Made by a program: the position numbers and the translations under genes
Notes under the pieces: generated by a model
What the model saw: only the letters and a program-made list of their open reading frames with translations
Told to the model about the DNA's origin: nothing
Databases searched by the model: none
Source: Ophelia neglecta
Lineage: Eukaryota
Direction of reading: 5' to 3'
NCBI GenBank assembly: GCA_965285935.1
Contig: OZ260663.1
Location: 78,864,001 to 78,928,000, forward strand
DNA length: 64,000 bases
Shown: positions 36,901 to 48,889 of the stretch, piece by piece
How the letters are laid out: every line of letters starts with the position of its first letter
How positions within the stretch are numbered: the stretch's first letter is position 1

Positions 36901-38610
36901 TTCTTGGCACATTTCCATGAGCTTCCCATCTGCTTTGCCAGTTGGGACATTGATTATAAATGCTGAATGATGGAGACAGTTAAAGGATATTTTATTAGGA
37001 GGTTGGCCTAAGAAGGTCCACTAACTCTCCAAAGGATACATGCTGCTTGGATTAAAAAGGGAAATACTGTAACATTGAGGTAAAATTGCAAATATAAACT
37101 GTTCATGGCTTATTCATGTATATCTAAAACATGTAGTCTCTGTGAAAAATGAAGAAGTCTCTTAAAGAAGCACTTATTTTAACAAGGAACAACATTTTGA
37201 ATAAGTGTTAAGCATTGTCTAATAAAAGTCAGTGAGTCTTTAAAGCAAGTTATCAAAAAGCCTAAAAAATCCTTTTATTTTGACTTGTAGCTAAAGACAT
37301 ATTATAACAACTTAAGAATTTTTTTTAAATATAAATAACAAAAACAAACAAATATTGGGCAAAATATATTTTCTCCCAGAAATATGCCTACTTAAAATAT
37401 TTTAACAAAAACTCTTCACAACCTCTTTCCTTAGCAACTAAAATACTACAGATATATCCATCTTTCACAGCATATTTTCTTGTTGGTTTAAAAAAGTGAA
37501 TTAAGTCTGGACATCAGAAAATTATTTTTAAGCATCACCAGCTAAACCTCCCTATATAGCTGTAAATATGTGTTCTATAGGATAAGCAAAATCCATTTAA
37601 ATCTAACATTGGACAATTTCCAAAAAGTAATGAAGTCTAACTGGTAATGAGCAGTTTGTAAAAAAAACATTCAAATTTTCTATGAACAAATTATCTATGG
37701 AAAGTTGATGATTCTACCAATTGTTCTTTTTATAGACTTGACATTGCGCGCACATCGCAAGAAATAATATGCGCACGATAACAATCGATTGAAATAGGGA
37801 CTGAGCAGGCAAAAAAACGTCTAGTAAAATTGTAAATAATTGAAGCATAATGCAAACCTTTCGCTTGGTGCCTGGAGGTCTTCCTTTTTTTACCGGGCTG
37901 CCTGTTTTCCCTCCACTGCCCGGTGTGATGGGTGGGTTGGGAGCGGGGCGGGGAGAAGTGAGAGGGGGTGGTTCAGGGCCGTTCACCCCAGCTTCCGCAG
38001 CTTCTCCCAAGCTAAGACCAGCCGCAGCCGCAGATGCGCTGCTTTTAGCGGGAGACGCGCTCAGACCGCTCCCACTAGTATTTGGGCTGGATTTTACTTT
38101 AGAAGGTGTCTTTTTTGGATTTGCACCAATTATGTACTGATCTCCTAGATAAATATCCAATCTACCCATGTCCATTTCTTTTTCCAGTATTTTCTGTAGC
38201 ATTTTCTCTTTTAATATGGTATCCGGATCATGGTCCGACAGCCACTTTTCTAGTTCGCTGAAAGTACAGCCGCGTTTGCCATCCCCACCGGCCGCTTTAT
38301 CCGCATCAGAAAAAGCTCTGACAGCTGCCGCTATTTTTCTACTGACATCATTTGCATTAGGTACATGCCCAGTGACATGACTCTTCCTCCATTTTGCCGC
38401 ATTTCTATAACTGGTACTGCCTTTATAATCTACTTTAATGACCACTTCGGTAGCCACCAATCGTTCAAGGTCGGTTTCGATCTCTTCGTAACTTAGCTGA
38501 TGTTTCCGTTCCACCATGTGACATATTCGCTCTAAGTCCGGCCGAGCTTTCCTTTTGCGCAGTTGATCAATTGTCTCGAGAATCCAATCTTTATATTTCG
38601 GCTCACCCAT
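15196..38610 (-). CDS. SAMD1: SAMD1/atherin-like chromatin protein with a KAT6A/B-like N-terminal module (WH1, WH2, AT-hook-like, double PHD finger, SAM), 7 exons, 553 aa
   Basis: complement(join(15196-15330,15736-15895,16593-16794,17811-17892,22693-22805,25831-26047,37858-38610)) = 1662 nt, open, all GT-AG with phases 0,1,0,1,2,0. Kozak accaccATGG. WH1 [22 protein letters not shown]...[11 protein letters not shown]; [33 protein letters not shown]; DPF PICDYC...HPSC...WQCIDCKTC...[12 protein letters not shown]...WVCNKC. Confidence 0.9.
15736..15895 (-). CDS. SAMD1-like exon 6 (SAM, N-half)
   Basis: ttccag| ...[26 protein letters not shown] |gtaaga. Confidence 0.9.
16150..16442. repeat. Intronic 28-bp minisatellite, about 10 copies (ccctgtagaatgtctccctgcctggtaa)
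   Basis: Period 28 at 16173, 16201 and 16229, decaying rightwards. Confidence 0.85.
16593..16794 (-). CDS. SAMD1-like exon 5 (end of PHD2, linker)
   Basis: ctgtag| GKWVCNKC...[13 protein letters not shown]...LPTPSDSP...KE |gtatac. Confidence 0.85.
17811..17892 (-). CDS. SAMD1-like exon 4 (PHD2)
   Basis: tttcag| [27 protein letters not shown] |gtaaat. Too short to appear in the ORF track. Confidence 0.9.
18779..21792. repeat. Intronic 34-bp hairpin minisatellite, about 88 copies (ctagctcacagacccatactgtctgtgactaccc)
   Basis: Direct tandem repeats, each with an internal inverted repeat tcacagac/gtctgtga; higher-order blocks recur. Confidence 0.97.
22693..22805 (-). CDS. SAMD1-like exon 3 (PHD1/PHD2)
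   Basis: ctgcag| [12 protein letters not shown]...[18 protein letters not shown] |gtgagt. Confidence 0.9.
23857..24102. mobile_element. MITE with CAGGGCTTTTTT terminal inverted repeats
   Basis: cagggctttttt ... aaaaaagccctg; ttttc is present on both flanks. Confidence 0.7.
25831..26047 (-). CDS. SAMD1-like exon 2 (start of PHD1)
   Basis: tttcag| KIKKSLG...[30 protein letters not shown] |gtgggc. Confidence 0.9.
27911..27946. repeat. Poly-G tract (36 nt)
   Basis: Homopolymer; shorter G runs occur near 5647 and 7264. Confidence 0.9.
28406..29820. repeat. Intronic 43-44-bp minisatellite, about 32 copies (gcagcagcagcccccactggccccccagcaacaagcaataacag)
   Basis: Direct tandem repeats; source of the spurious Cys/Leu/Gly-rich ORFs. 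Confidence 0.96.
34686..34865 (+). mobile_element. Tc1/mariner-type MITE (CAGTGAAACC TIR); a partial copy lies at about 34595-34658
   Basis: ta|cagtgaaacctg...caggtttcactg, internal agaccacc repeats; homologous to the copies at 55680 and 61444. Confidence 0.8.
37858..38610 (-). CDS. SAMD1-like exon 1 (two winged helices, Pro/Ser/Ala linker, KKGRPPG)
   Basis: ATG at 38610; donor aag|gtttgc. Confidence 0.9.
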
Positions 38611-38619
38611 GGTGGTCGG

Positions 38620-39150
38620 TGCGGGGCCCGAACGATATGGTTTTCTGGGTGAAAAATCGTCGAAATTGTGCGTATTTTGCCGTCGAAAGTCCAAGCGCAG
38701 AAAAGCGAATAACTAATGAGGACACGGCTACAAACCTAGCACTGAGCATGCGCAGAGGCGCACAACGTTGCATTGTGGGATAGATTGGCTTCTTTGCCGC
38801 AAAGTGAAGAGCCGCAAATACACTTAGCCAGCCCGAATTCAAATCAATACAGCCTCAGTTTGTCCTGTTTTAAATATACTTCCAACCACCCAACCGATTC
38901 GTGTTGTATACAGGGGCTGAGCGTAGATATCTAGCCACCAGGTTCAAGTGATAAATGCTAATGCGATGTGGCTGTAAATTTGCTAGCCGCTGTATAATGC
39001 CCGTATAGCCGTTGTGCGCTTTTGCAAAACAAACTGTATCGACAGGCTGCCGGCATGATTGCGGCGGACCTTTCCACGCGTACTTTGCTTGGGCCGCCAG
39101 CTTGTGTCACGTAAATTAGGCTAAACATAGCCGGGCTTTGCTAGCGGAAT
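38620..39150 (-). promoter_or_regulatory. CpG-rich 5' UTR and promoter of the SAMD1-like gene
   Basis: Sharp rise in CpG; NRF1-like gagcatgcgca at 38744-38754; CCAAT box (attgg) at 38784-38788. Confidence 0.55.
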
Positions 39151-42100
39151 GGAAAATATCTCCCCTACGGAGACGGAACATTGAACCGACACAATAACCG
39201 TTCTTAACTATTGGCGTTATTAAATATTTGTAGACATTTCCGAGACTGTATTCTCTGCATTTTAAAGCTACTATAGCCACGTAGCTCCTTTAGCTTGCTT
39301 TAACGGCGCAGTATATTTTCCATTGTGCTCAACAGGACAGGATCTTCCGCAGACGACCAAGGCAATGGCGAATATATTCTTGGGTGATTGATCACTGAGC
39401 GATTGAAGCCGGATTTCCTCCATTTAGCTTCAATACCTATATATTTAGGCCATTGTCAAATTTGTGGTATAACACGAATTGAAATATATGTACTATTAAT
39501 GGTGCGTTAAATGCCTTCTGCGTGATTAAATTGCTTTTGGTTCAGTCTGTTCGATTTAAAAAATGAAGCGGGTTTTTGCACTTTCGGCCACCTCTTCAGA
39601 GTGTAAGCAAATTATTCAAAGCTGATGTTCCATGTATGGAAGATATGGGAGATTTTCAGTTTTAAAAGGCCCTGTGGAAGATGCCATGTACGTAAAGATG
39701 CGGGTCGTACATGCCAGGGACACGTTGGCTCCTTCCCGGGAACAAAGGAGTCGGAACAGGCTCTATTATTTTTTTCTTCGCGTGTTGGCCAAATATAGGC
39801 CTACTGGCACAGGGTTTGCCTAAAAGCGTAGACAGCCTAGTCTACTGGCCGACAGCCACCATTTAATGTTTTAAAGTGGTCAAGCTATGATGGTTTGTTT
39901 TTCTTACTTTCCAATCGACATACCTACTCATGCAAAAGAAATGAACGTATTTCTTTGAAAAGAAATGAACGACATGTTTTTTTTTTAATTAAGCCCAACC
40001 AGGCTGCGCGCACTATGCAAATTAACATTCTAGATGTTCCCTCCATGCTACCCGCACTTCCACCCGATCCCACCGCCTGGCTACGGTAACGGCAGTCCTC
40101 CAAGACGCAAATATTTCTAGCCATAACTCCCGAGACACAATATTCCTTCGACCCTACGGGCTCGGTATTGGATACCCAGTACCTAGGCCTATTTAGATTA
40201 TGCCCCGCTGACACGTAGCACACAGTTCTCTCTGACGCCCAAACAGGACATTATAGGCCTACATACAGAGGCTTTAGGCCTATAGATAGCCGTATAGAGC
40301 AATGATGCCAGCCCGACTGTGCGACACGGTCCAAATCTATAGAGGAGAACTCGTGATGAACTCCGTGCGCGACGCAAAAAAGGCAATTAAGTATTTCCAA
40401 GCAAGGTCCCTATAAACATACGTATGTATATACACTCTCTTAAACACGCAATAATAAAACTAGAGGCAACTTGTGTGCCCTACAAATACAAATATATATC
40501 TATGTATATGTAGGCCTATATACACATATATATGTACACATAAATATATAAATATATTTATATATATAGACCTTATGTATATATAGGCAACAATATGACA
40601 TGCAAAATTATAAATAGTCTGGAAATAATAAATAACATATTAGCACCATGCATATATACAGGCGTATAGATGACAACGAGCTAACTTTAAAATCTATATC
40701 TATAACCGCTAAGCATCAAAACAAAACAAGATTGTGGCTTCCGTTTGTGTAGCCTACAATGGGATGATTCTAAAAACAAGACTCATTTAATTGGCGTTTT
40801 CCTTTTTGCTAGGACGTTATTAAAGAAATAGCGTATTGCAAGAAACAAGATGCAGTGGTGATGGATAGGGATCAACGGAAAAGGTTTTTTTTGTATTGCC
40901 AGTTAAGATTCCCGGAAAAAAAACTGAATATGATGCTGCATAAATAATCTCGATCCGCCTATAGGCCTCACAGCGTTATTCTGCGCATTCTTTCTGGTAG
41001 ATTAATATATAGTTAGGCCTGCCTGAGGGCTAAAGGCCCGATAAAGGCCTATCATGTTAACGTTTTAAAGGAGTGATATATATAGGCCTATTGTTATGTA
41101 CAGGGTATATATATGACCGATATAAGCCTATCACGTAGAGCCTAAAAGACCGATATATATATAGGCCTATTCGGCCACTGTTGAGTCTTAATTTACAAAG
41201 ATTGTCAAACATGAAAAAGGGTCGGTCGATCGGGATTATGGTAAAAGAAGAACGGTCAACAAATAGAATCGGTCGGCTGAAAAAGAAAAGTAATTTCAGC
41301 AAATTTGAAATTCTATCAATCCGGTTCAAACCCCTTTTGGCTTACGAAAAATACGTTTTCATCTATAGATTTCAACAAGCAAATTTCGCAATATCTTACT
41401 TCGGAAATCTCGGGTGGCTCGGGTTATTGTCCGGGAAACATATAGATCGGGCCAAGTTAGATGTTACCCTACTGAAAATAGGTTGTCTTATCAGCGGACA
41501 ACGGTTAGCCCAATGTTACTTTTGGTAATAGGTATTTAAACCTAAAAATTTTCATTGTTAGAATATTATGCAATTTATTTTTATAATGATTGAGTTTTAA
41601 CATATAAGGCCCCCACCCCTATACCCTACCCTACCCTCCCCGTCCAGCCCGTGGTCTTACAGTTATGTGTGTACATGTATATAGTATTCCGTAGGTTTGT
41701 CCGTATTTTAGCGGGATTCGTGTTAGTTCATGTGGCAAGAATCTTCACAGTGAAGCCATGCTAAATAAAAATTGAAGACTACGCGATGAACACCGTGTAT
41801 AGGCTTAGATATGCTGTATACGTGCACCTCTACATGTAAACAGAGAATTTCTATATACCCGACCACTATTCGGCGATAGCTATACCCAGTTGGGAGATGA
41901 TTTAAAATGTAATAGACCCAATACAAAGAAGCCCGGATAGCTCTCGATAGATAATAAACGACCTGGTATAGGGCCTAGAGCTCCCTCTATGGATGTCACA
42001 GCGAATTTACTTTCGAAGGTACCTAAGAACGAAATATGTATATACATTGGAAAGTAACAGCTGTGGGCATAGCCATTGCCACCGCCGAAAACTGCGTGTG

Positions 42101-42666
42101 CAACGTGTCCCTAACCTACAATATTCAAGAATAGCGGCAGCCTGCACCTTAATTAAGTATATTTCAGCGGAAACATCAAAATATGTGATTAGACAGTCAA
42201 ATCATTAGTGAAAAATTTGATCATTAAACCAAGCGATGAATCCGCATGAATTTCGAGGTGCGCAGCGCACACAGGTTTATGTGTCCTTGGCTATCACCAG
42301 TGCAGTAAACATGCCGTATCTGTTATAGATACACGTGGGGTTGCTTGTTGATATCGAAATCTAGGGTAATTAAAGAATAGCATTAAAAATAAGCAATAAA
42401 TAACATCCCCAAATTATAAAACAATTATTGCCATGGCAGATTTTGCTTCATTATTTAGACAAATGCGGATGAAAAGTATTTCACACTAGGAAATATATAT
42501 TGTTATTGGGAACCGGTTAATAATTGATCTGTTTCGCTCTGACTGCAGTGCCGGTTCGATTTAGAGAACCAGATTGAAGACGTCTCTTTCTCTCCGCCAG
42601 TTCACCTGACTGCCTCCAGAGAATGAAGGATGGACGCCTCCTTCCAGAAAGCGGCTCCAAAATGCT

Positions 42667-44355
42667 TCGCCATGATAGCAGATCTTTTCCTACTAGCGGT
42701 TAACTTCTGGGGGCATCCCACTCCCTCGCCATATCAGACCTAGCTCCTCCCGAGGGCGGTCTGGGGCATCCCGGTCCCTCGCCATGTTAGCGGATCTCCT
42801 CCCTCGTGGGATGGGGGTGGGGCGAGGGGGTTGGTTCTTGGGTATCCCAGTCCCTCGGTAGTTCCCATCTCCTCCCTGGGGGGGTCTGGGGCATCCCACT
42901 CCCTCGCCATATCAACCCCCCCCCCCCCTCTGCGGGGTCTGGGGCATCGCACTACCTTGCCATATCAAACCTCCACCCTCTGCGAGGTCTGGGGCATCCC
43001 GCTCCCTCGCCATGATATCTGATCTCCCTCTACGGGGTCTGGGGCACCCCACTCCCTCGCCATGATATCAGATCTCCTCCCTCTACGGGGTCTGGGGGCA
43101 TCCCACTCCCTCGCCATGATATCAGATCTCCTCCCTCTACGGGGTCTGAGGCATCCCACTCCCTCGCCATGATAACAGATCTCCTCCCTCTACGGGGTCC
43201 GGGGGCATCGCACTCCCTCGCCATGATATCAGATCTCCTCCCTCTACGGGGTCTGAGGCATCCCACTCCCTAGCCATGATATCAGATCTCCTCCCTCTAC
43301 GGGGTCTGGGGCATCGCACTCCCTCGCCATGATATCAGATTTCCTCCCTCTACGGGGTCTGGGGGCATCCCACTCCCTCGCCATGATATCAGATCTCCTC
43401 CCTCTACGGGGTCTGGGGGCATCGCACTCCCTCGCCATGATATCAGATCTCCTCCCTCTACGGGGTCTGGGGCACCCCACTCCCTCGCCATGATATCAGA
43501 TCTCCTCCCTCTACGGGGTCTGAGGGCATCCCACTCCCTCGCCATGATATCAGATCTCCTCCCTCTACGGGGTCTGGGGCATCGCATTCCCTCGCCATGA
43601 TATCAGATCTCCTCCCTCTACGGGGTCTGGGGGCATCCCACTCCCTCGCCATGATATCAGATCTCCTCCCTCTACGGGGTCTGGGGGCATCCCACTCCCT
43701 AGCCATGATATCAGATCTCCTCCCTCTACGGGGTCTGGGGGCATCCCACTCCCTCGCCATGATATCAGATCTCCTCCCTCTACGGGGTCCGGGGGCATCG
43801 CACTCCCTCGCCATGATATCAGATCTCCTCCCTCTACGGGGTCTGGGGCCATCCCACTCCCTAGCCATGATATCAGATCTCCTCCCTCTACGGGGTCTGG
43901 GGGCATCCCACTCCCTAGCCATGATATCAGATCTCCTCCCTCTACGGGGTCTGGGGCCATCCCACTCCCTAGCCATGATATCAGATCTCCTCCCTCTACG
44001 GGGTCTGGGGGCATCCCACTCCCTCGCCATGATATCAGATCTCCTCCCTCTACGGGGTCTGGGGGCATCCCACTCCCTCGCCATGATATCAGATCTCCTC
44101 CCTCTACGGGGTCTGGGGGCATCCCACTCCCTCGCCATGATATCAGATCTCCTCCCTCTACGGGGTCTGGGGCCATCCCACTCCCTCGCCATGATATCAG
44201 ATCTCCTCCCTCTATGGGGTCTGGGGGCATCCCACTCCCTAGCCATGATATCAGATCTCCTCCCTCTGCGGGGTCTGGGGGCATCGCACTCCCTAGCCAT
44301 GATATCAGATCTCCTCCCTCAGAGGTGTCTGGGGCATCCCAATTCCTCGTCATGG
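42667..44355. repeat. 53-54-bp minisatellite, about 30 copies (ccctcgccatgatatcagatctcctccctctacggggtctgggggcatcccact)
   Basis: Homogeneous from about 43003, with degenerate precursor units at 42667-43000. Confidence 0.96.
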
Positions 44356-47300
44356 TACCAGACAGTTGCAGGTATACATGCATACAGGGCAACTGTTCTA
44401 TAATCATAATTCATGTTTTCCCCTCCGGCCTCCTTCTGGGATGAGACCTCCATCCCACATCCTAACTTATTGTAGAAATAAAATGCGCGCATTAAATATA
44501 TAGTAATATTATTTAACCTGTGTGCCTCGGACGGTAACAATGAACATATTGAAATTAAATTGAAACCAATTCACATTGGCGTATGATAGGGCTCTAGACT
44601 AAACATGGTATGGGGGAAACAATGTGTACTCGTCCTTTGTTGTCTAAAACGAAACATGGTTTCTTCTGGCAGACTTCACCTGGATAATCGATCTGGGCAA
44701 TCCAAGTATTCGTCAGTGGGCCTCTTCATGTAGCCGAAAATAATTTCCACTTGATCCTAAATAAATAATATGATTATCAAATATAAAGTTCCAGCTCATC
44801 TTAGAATTTGCCTCGTTTTATAGGCGTAGGATATGAAAAAGGTTAATGTCAGAAGTTGTACTTCACAAATATTTATCTATAAACCAGGGTTAATTCACTT
44901 ACCATGCAGATGCGTATATATTTAACTTATTTTCGTTACAATTTGCAACTCATACTTCGTTAATGGTTTCTTAAAGACGATTATTTGCTAATCTGTAGCC
45001 ATGATTGCCATTATGTTCTGATCAAAAGCCGTAACTCGTCCATAGCCACTGATATAGATCCATTAATTATATACCTATATAAGTACACACACAAACGTAA
45101 ATAATATATCGATCTATAGGGCTTACAATCGGAGTCTTCTACTGCCGGTTGTGCATATCGAGAAGACCTTGCAGCACGTCACTTTATCTATTGACAGAAG
45201 CTTGTGTTTACGCTCGCAAAACGCCGGTGTGAAGGAAGGTAACTTTATTAATACACACCTTCTTCGCATAGAGCTAGTAACAGGAATTGTTCCTATGATA
45301 ATATAAGTTATTTGTCTCCTAGATTTTCCTAACTATCAAATATTGTCCGAAATTGTAACCGTGCGAAGAGCATTAAGATGTCAATATAGAATTAGCAATT
45401 GGTGACAGTCGCCATACACAATAAATTCTCAGAAACATCGGGTGCCATTCATATCTATTACCATGTATGGCATGTACTACAGCGAGACCAACAGCACGCG
45501 ATGGGCCGTATGTATAATACAGGTGAACTCGCCTGTACTGTGTTTATCTTTGATGGTTAATAGATAACGCTCGTGTTATTGCAACGGCAAATAAATTATT
45601 GAGAAAAGCGCCTAAAAAGTCCTTAAGCACGAGACAAGATAGCGCATGTGTTTAAACGGCATAGGCGGTAGGCCTAGTTGTGGTATAAATAGGCCAATAT
45701 GGAGTAGTCACAATCGCGCATCCAAACGAGAATATCGTGTTTGCCGTTTATCATACCATGCACCATGCATGGTTGCGGCAAGCTACATGCCTATATTTCC
45801 TACACTCACAAAGCATTCTGGACAGTTGAGGAGTCGACCATATCCCGTGGCTTTCATGTATACGACACACATTCTGTAAACGGAATACATTTACATATTT
45901 TTCTACCGAATTGATATTAACATCAGAAGCGACCCCTGAACATCAAATCTGTCGTGTAGCAGATGACCATTTTCGCACTTCTATATCAGGTGTTTCGTAT
46001 AGTGCCAAATAACATGGCCAATTTCCTAGTCAAAACGAATATAATATTAAAATATATATTCGGTCTTATATGTAGAGCCATCTTTGGTCCTGTAAAATGC
46101 CCACACCTCTTAGCCGTGTTGTTTTTATTGTATACATCGATTTGTTTTGGTCGTCTGCTACAGCGTGGGCAAAATAGGAAAAAGCAATATGCCGACATGA
46201 GGGTTGAGAAACGGAATGAAGGACTTTCCGGGATTTGCAATTGCAAAATGTTGGGCAATTTACCTACAGCGCCAAGGGAGTTATAGATTATCATTACCAT
46301 TGTCAATACTTAACTACCCTGGAAAACGGAGATAAGAAAGTAATCAAGTTGCTCAATTGGGTTGGAATTGAGACTAGTTAATAAGAACCCACTCTTTTCT
46401 TAAGCAGCGGCGATGAATATTACTTTTATAGGAATATAAACCTGTGGAATGCGTTCGCTGCATTAAAATACATGCAATAAAGCTCCTTGGTAGTATTTTA
46501 CTGATAGTTTCATTATAAGATTCAAATTGTATATTTTAGATGAAATGTGTAATTCTTATAACAGTTTTGACCGTTTTTTAGCTGCTAGGAAAATACTTGA
46601 AATAAATATATTTATTTACTTCCGAGAAAACATTATTAGATTTATAATGGCGAAGAGGATTATTTTGCATGTTTTTGATGAAGTCGGAATAGAACAAATA
46701 ATGAAAATATGTCTGTGATCCAGAGATAAGGCTAATAAGTATGTCCGTATTCGAATAAAGCAACAGTAAAATAATAACCAGGGTTAGTGAGTCAAATTAT
46801 CACCTCTCAGTCATATTTATATAAGATATATACTTGTATAATTTATCAGATATGGAGAGCTAATAATGTCGCATATCTGAGACACGTGGCTTGCTCTTGT
46901 AAGCATCCTATACTGCAGTACATTATTTCAAAGTCTGAATACTGGAATCGTCCAAATTTGAAACCGCGATTCACAAGCATCCAACGCGGATTAAGATTGA
47001 ATATATTTGCAGTTGTTATGTTCGTGTCGTAAAGTGTGGTCTAAATAAAGGGGAGGTGGAATTCGTGGTCCTTTTGGCGATTCAGATCGATGGATTAAAA
47101 ACAAGGCTTTTACGAATCTGGATCGCCTAAAATATCTCGACGAATCCGAATCGACAAAATCGACCCAGAATGTAATGTAATCGTTTCTTTGACTGGAGTA
47201 TCGTTTAAGCCCATTTAATTACTAATACAAATACATATAAACCATATAAATGTGCGCTTGTACATTTGTTTAAGTTGTTTAAACATCAATTTAGGCCTAG

Positions 47301-48889
47301 TTATGGATAGAGCTTAATAAAACCAGCCCCGGCAGTACCAGGGTCACGCTTCATGTGCTGGGTGGTTTACACGGTAAAAAAAGGTTAAAGTCAGCAGAAC
47401 AGTGCAATAAACTTCATTAAATGCAGTGGCATAATGATTGTACTCGGTTGTAGCTGACGGTTTCAGAAGACGTTGCAGATAGTCCTGATAGACTATTTTA
47501 GGTTAACGTTTCGACTGCTCGGTATGCATTCCCGTTTGTGTTAAAGTATCAACTTTTAAAATGTATAGTAAATAATACGAGCGACCATGTCATCATTAAG
47601 AGGTTAGCTTGTGATCTCTACTTTTAACAAAAGGGGGTAAAAGGTACCATATAGACCCTTCCCCTGGATCCGCGTCTGCTTAGTTGATCAAATAATTGAT
47701 GCTAGTGATAGCGGTGTATTACAGTGAATTGCGTCTTCTACAGCCCCAACCAGAAAGCCTCTAAATAAAATCACTTGAACAGCCTCATAAAAATAAAAAC
47801 TATCGTCCCGGGCAAGTCTCGCCGTGTTTCCAACTATCCCTATTTTGGGGGGCTATCCATTATATACTGTGATTTGCCGTTTAGTGGAAGGGACGCATCA
47901 ATTTCATGAAATATAGGTTTCATTGTAGAAATTGAGAAATCTTGGTAGGTACAAATAGTTTCATTGAATTACTCACCTTTTCACCGGTCACACTGTAAAT
48001 GTGCTGTACTGTGTTTCTTCTACTACCAAATAGAACACAATTCAATACAATTTGAGGAAAATGAGTGTTACTTAATGGAACAATGTGTATCAACAAGGCT
48101 CTTTGGAGCGATAAGATTTACAAGAAACACATTTAATTTTGTAAGTGTTTTCGCTTGCCAAGCTAAAGTTTGCCACTTGATCTTCTAGATTTATTTCAAC
48201 CATATTGCTTTGATTTGCCGGGTAGCCGCTCCCAGATCTCTCCATTCTCCGTTTTATGCTACAGGAATGTAAAGAATAAAACCGACGCTCCTAAGTAGTA
48301 AACGCAAGACGTAGATACGTTCATGGAAAATGTTACATGAAGAAATGTACGGAAAAGAACAGCTGTGTTTTCCTCACTGGCTAACTTAAAATGCTCCTTG
48401 ATTATGAACACGGCCTATTCAATCTTCCAAACTTGTGCATTTAACACACGAAATAATGGCCTCTCCCCGGACTGAGCGGGAAAAATCACATTTACGATCT
48501 CCTGCCGAAAAACCAACCATGCAGTTTAGAATGTATGAGCGGTCAGATGCAAAAAACGCTACCCGTATTGGAGTACCTAATTGCCCGAAACCGTATCCCC
48601 GAACGAGTTGTGAATTTCTAACGTTTAGGTAAAATTGTTCATCAAACGTTTGCCTTCCTTTTTAAACTGTCATAAATGAACTTTATCTTTTTTCGATCAT
48701 ATGTTTAATCATCATTTGTAAAGTGCAAACATGTTCATGTTATTATAGGAAATAATCACATGCACTGAGCTATTTATATACAACGTAACACATTAATTAG
48801 GTTTCTTCAGGTCTCGGACCGAAGGTGGAAAGGGGACGTCCTCGACAAATGACAAGTCAAGTATTTCACCCGGTACAACATACGATGAT

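Noticed and set aside
15196-38610. Calling the gene KAT6A/KAT6B histone acetyltransferase
   Set aside because: No MYST domain was found in any exon or intron, and the ORF ends in a SAMD1-type SAM domain.
38611-38694. N-terminal extension of the 326-aa ORF
   Set aside because: It starts at a non-ATG codon. ATG 38610 has a perfect Kozak context and sits right at the winged-helix start.
42693-44444. 280-aa ORFs (MAREWDAPRPRRGRRSDI repeats)
   Set aside because: They come from the 54-bp repeat, are open on both strands, and are broken by 53-bp units.
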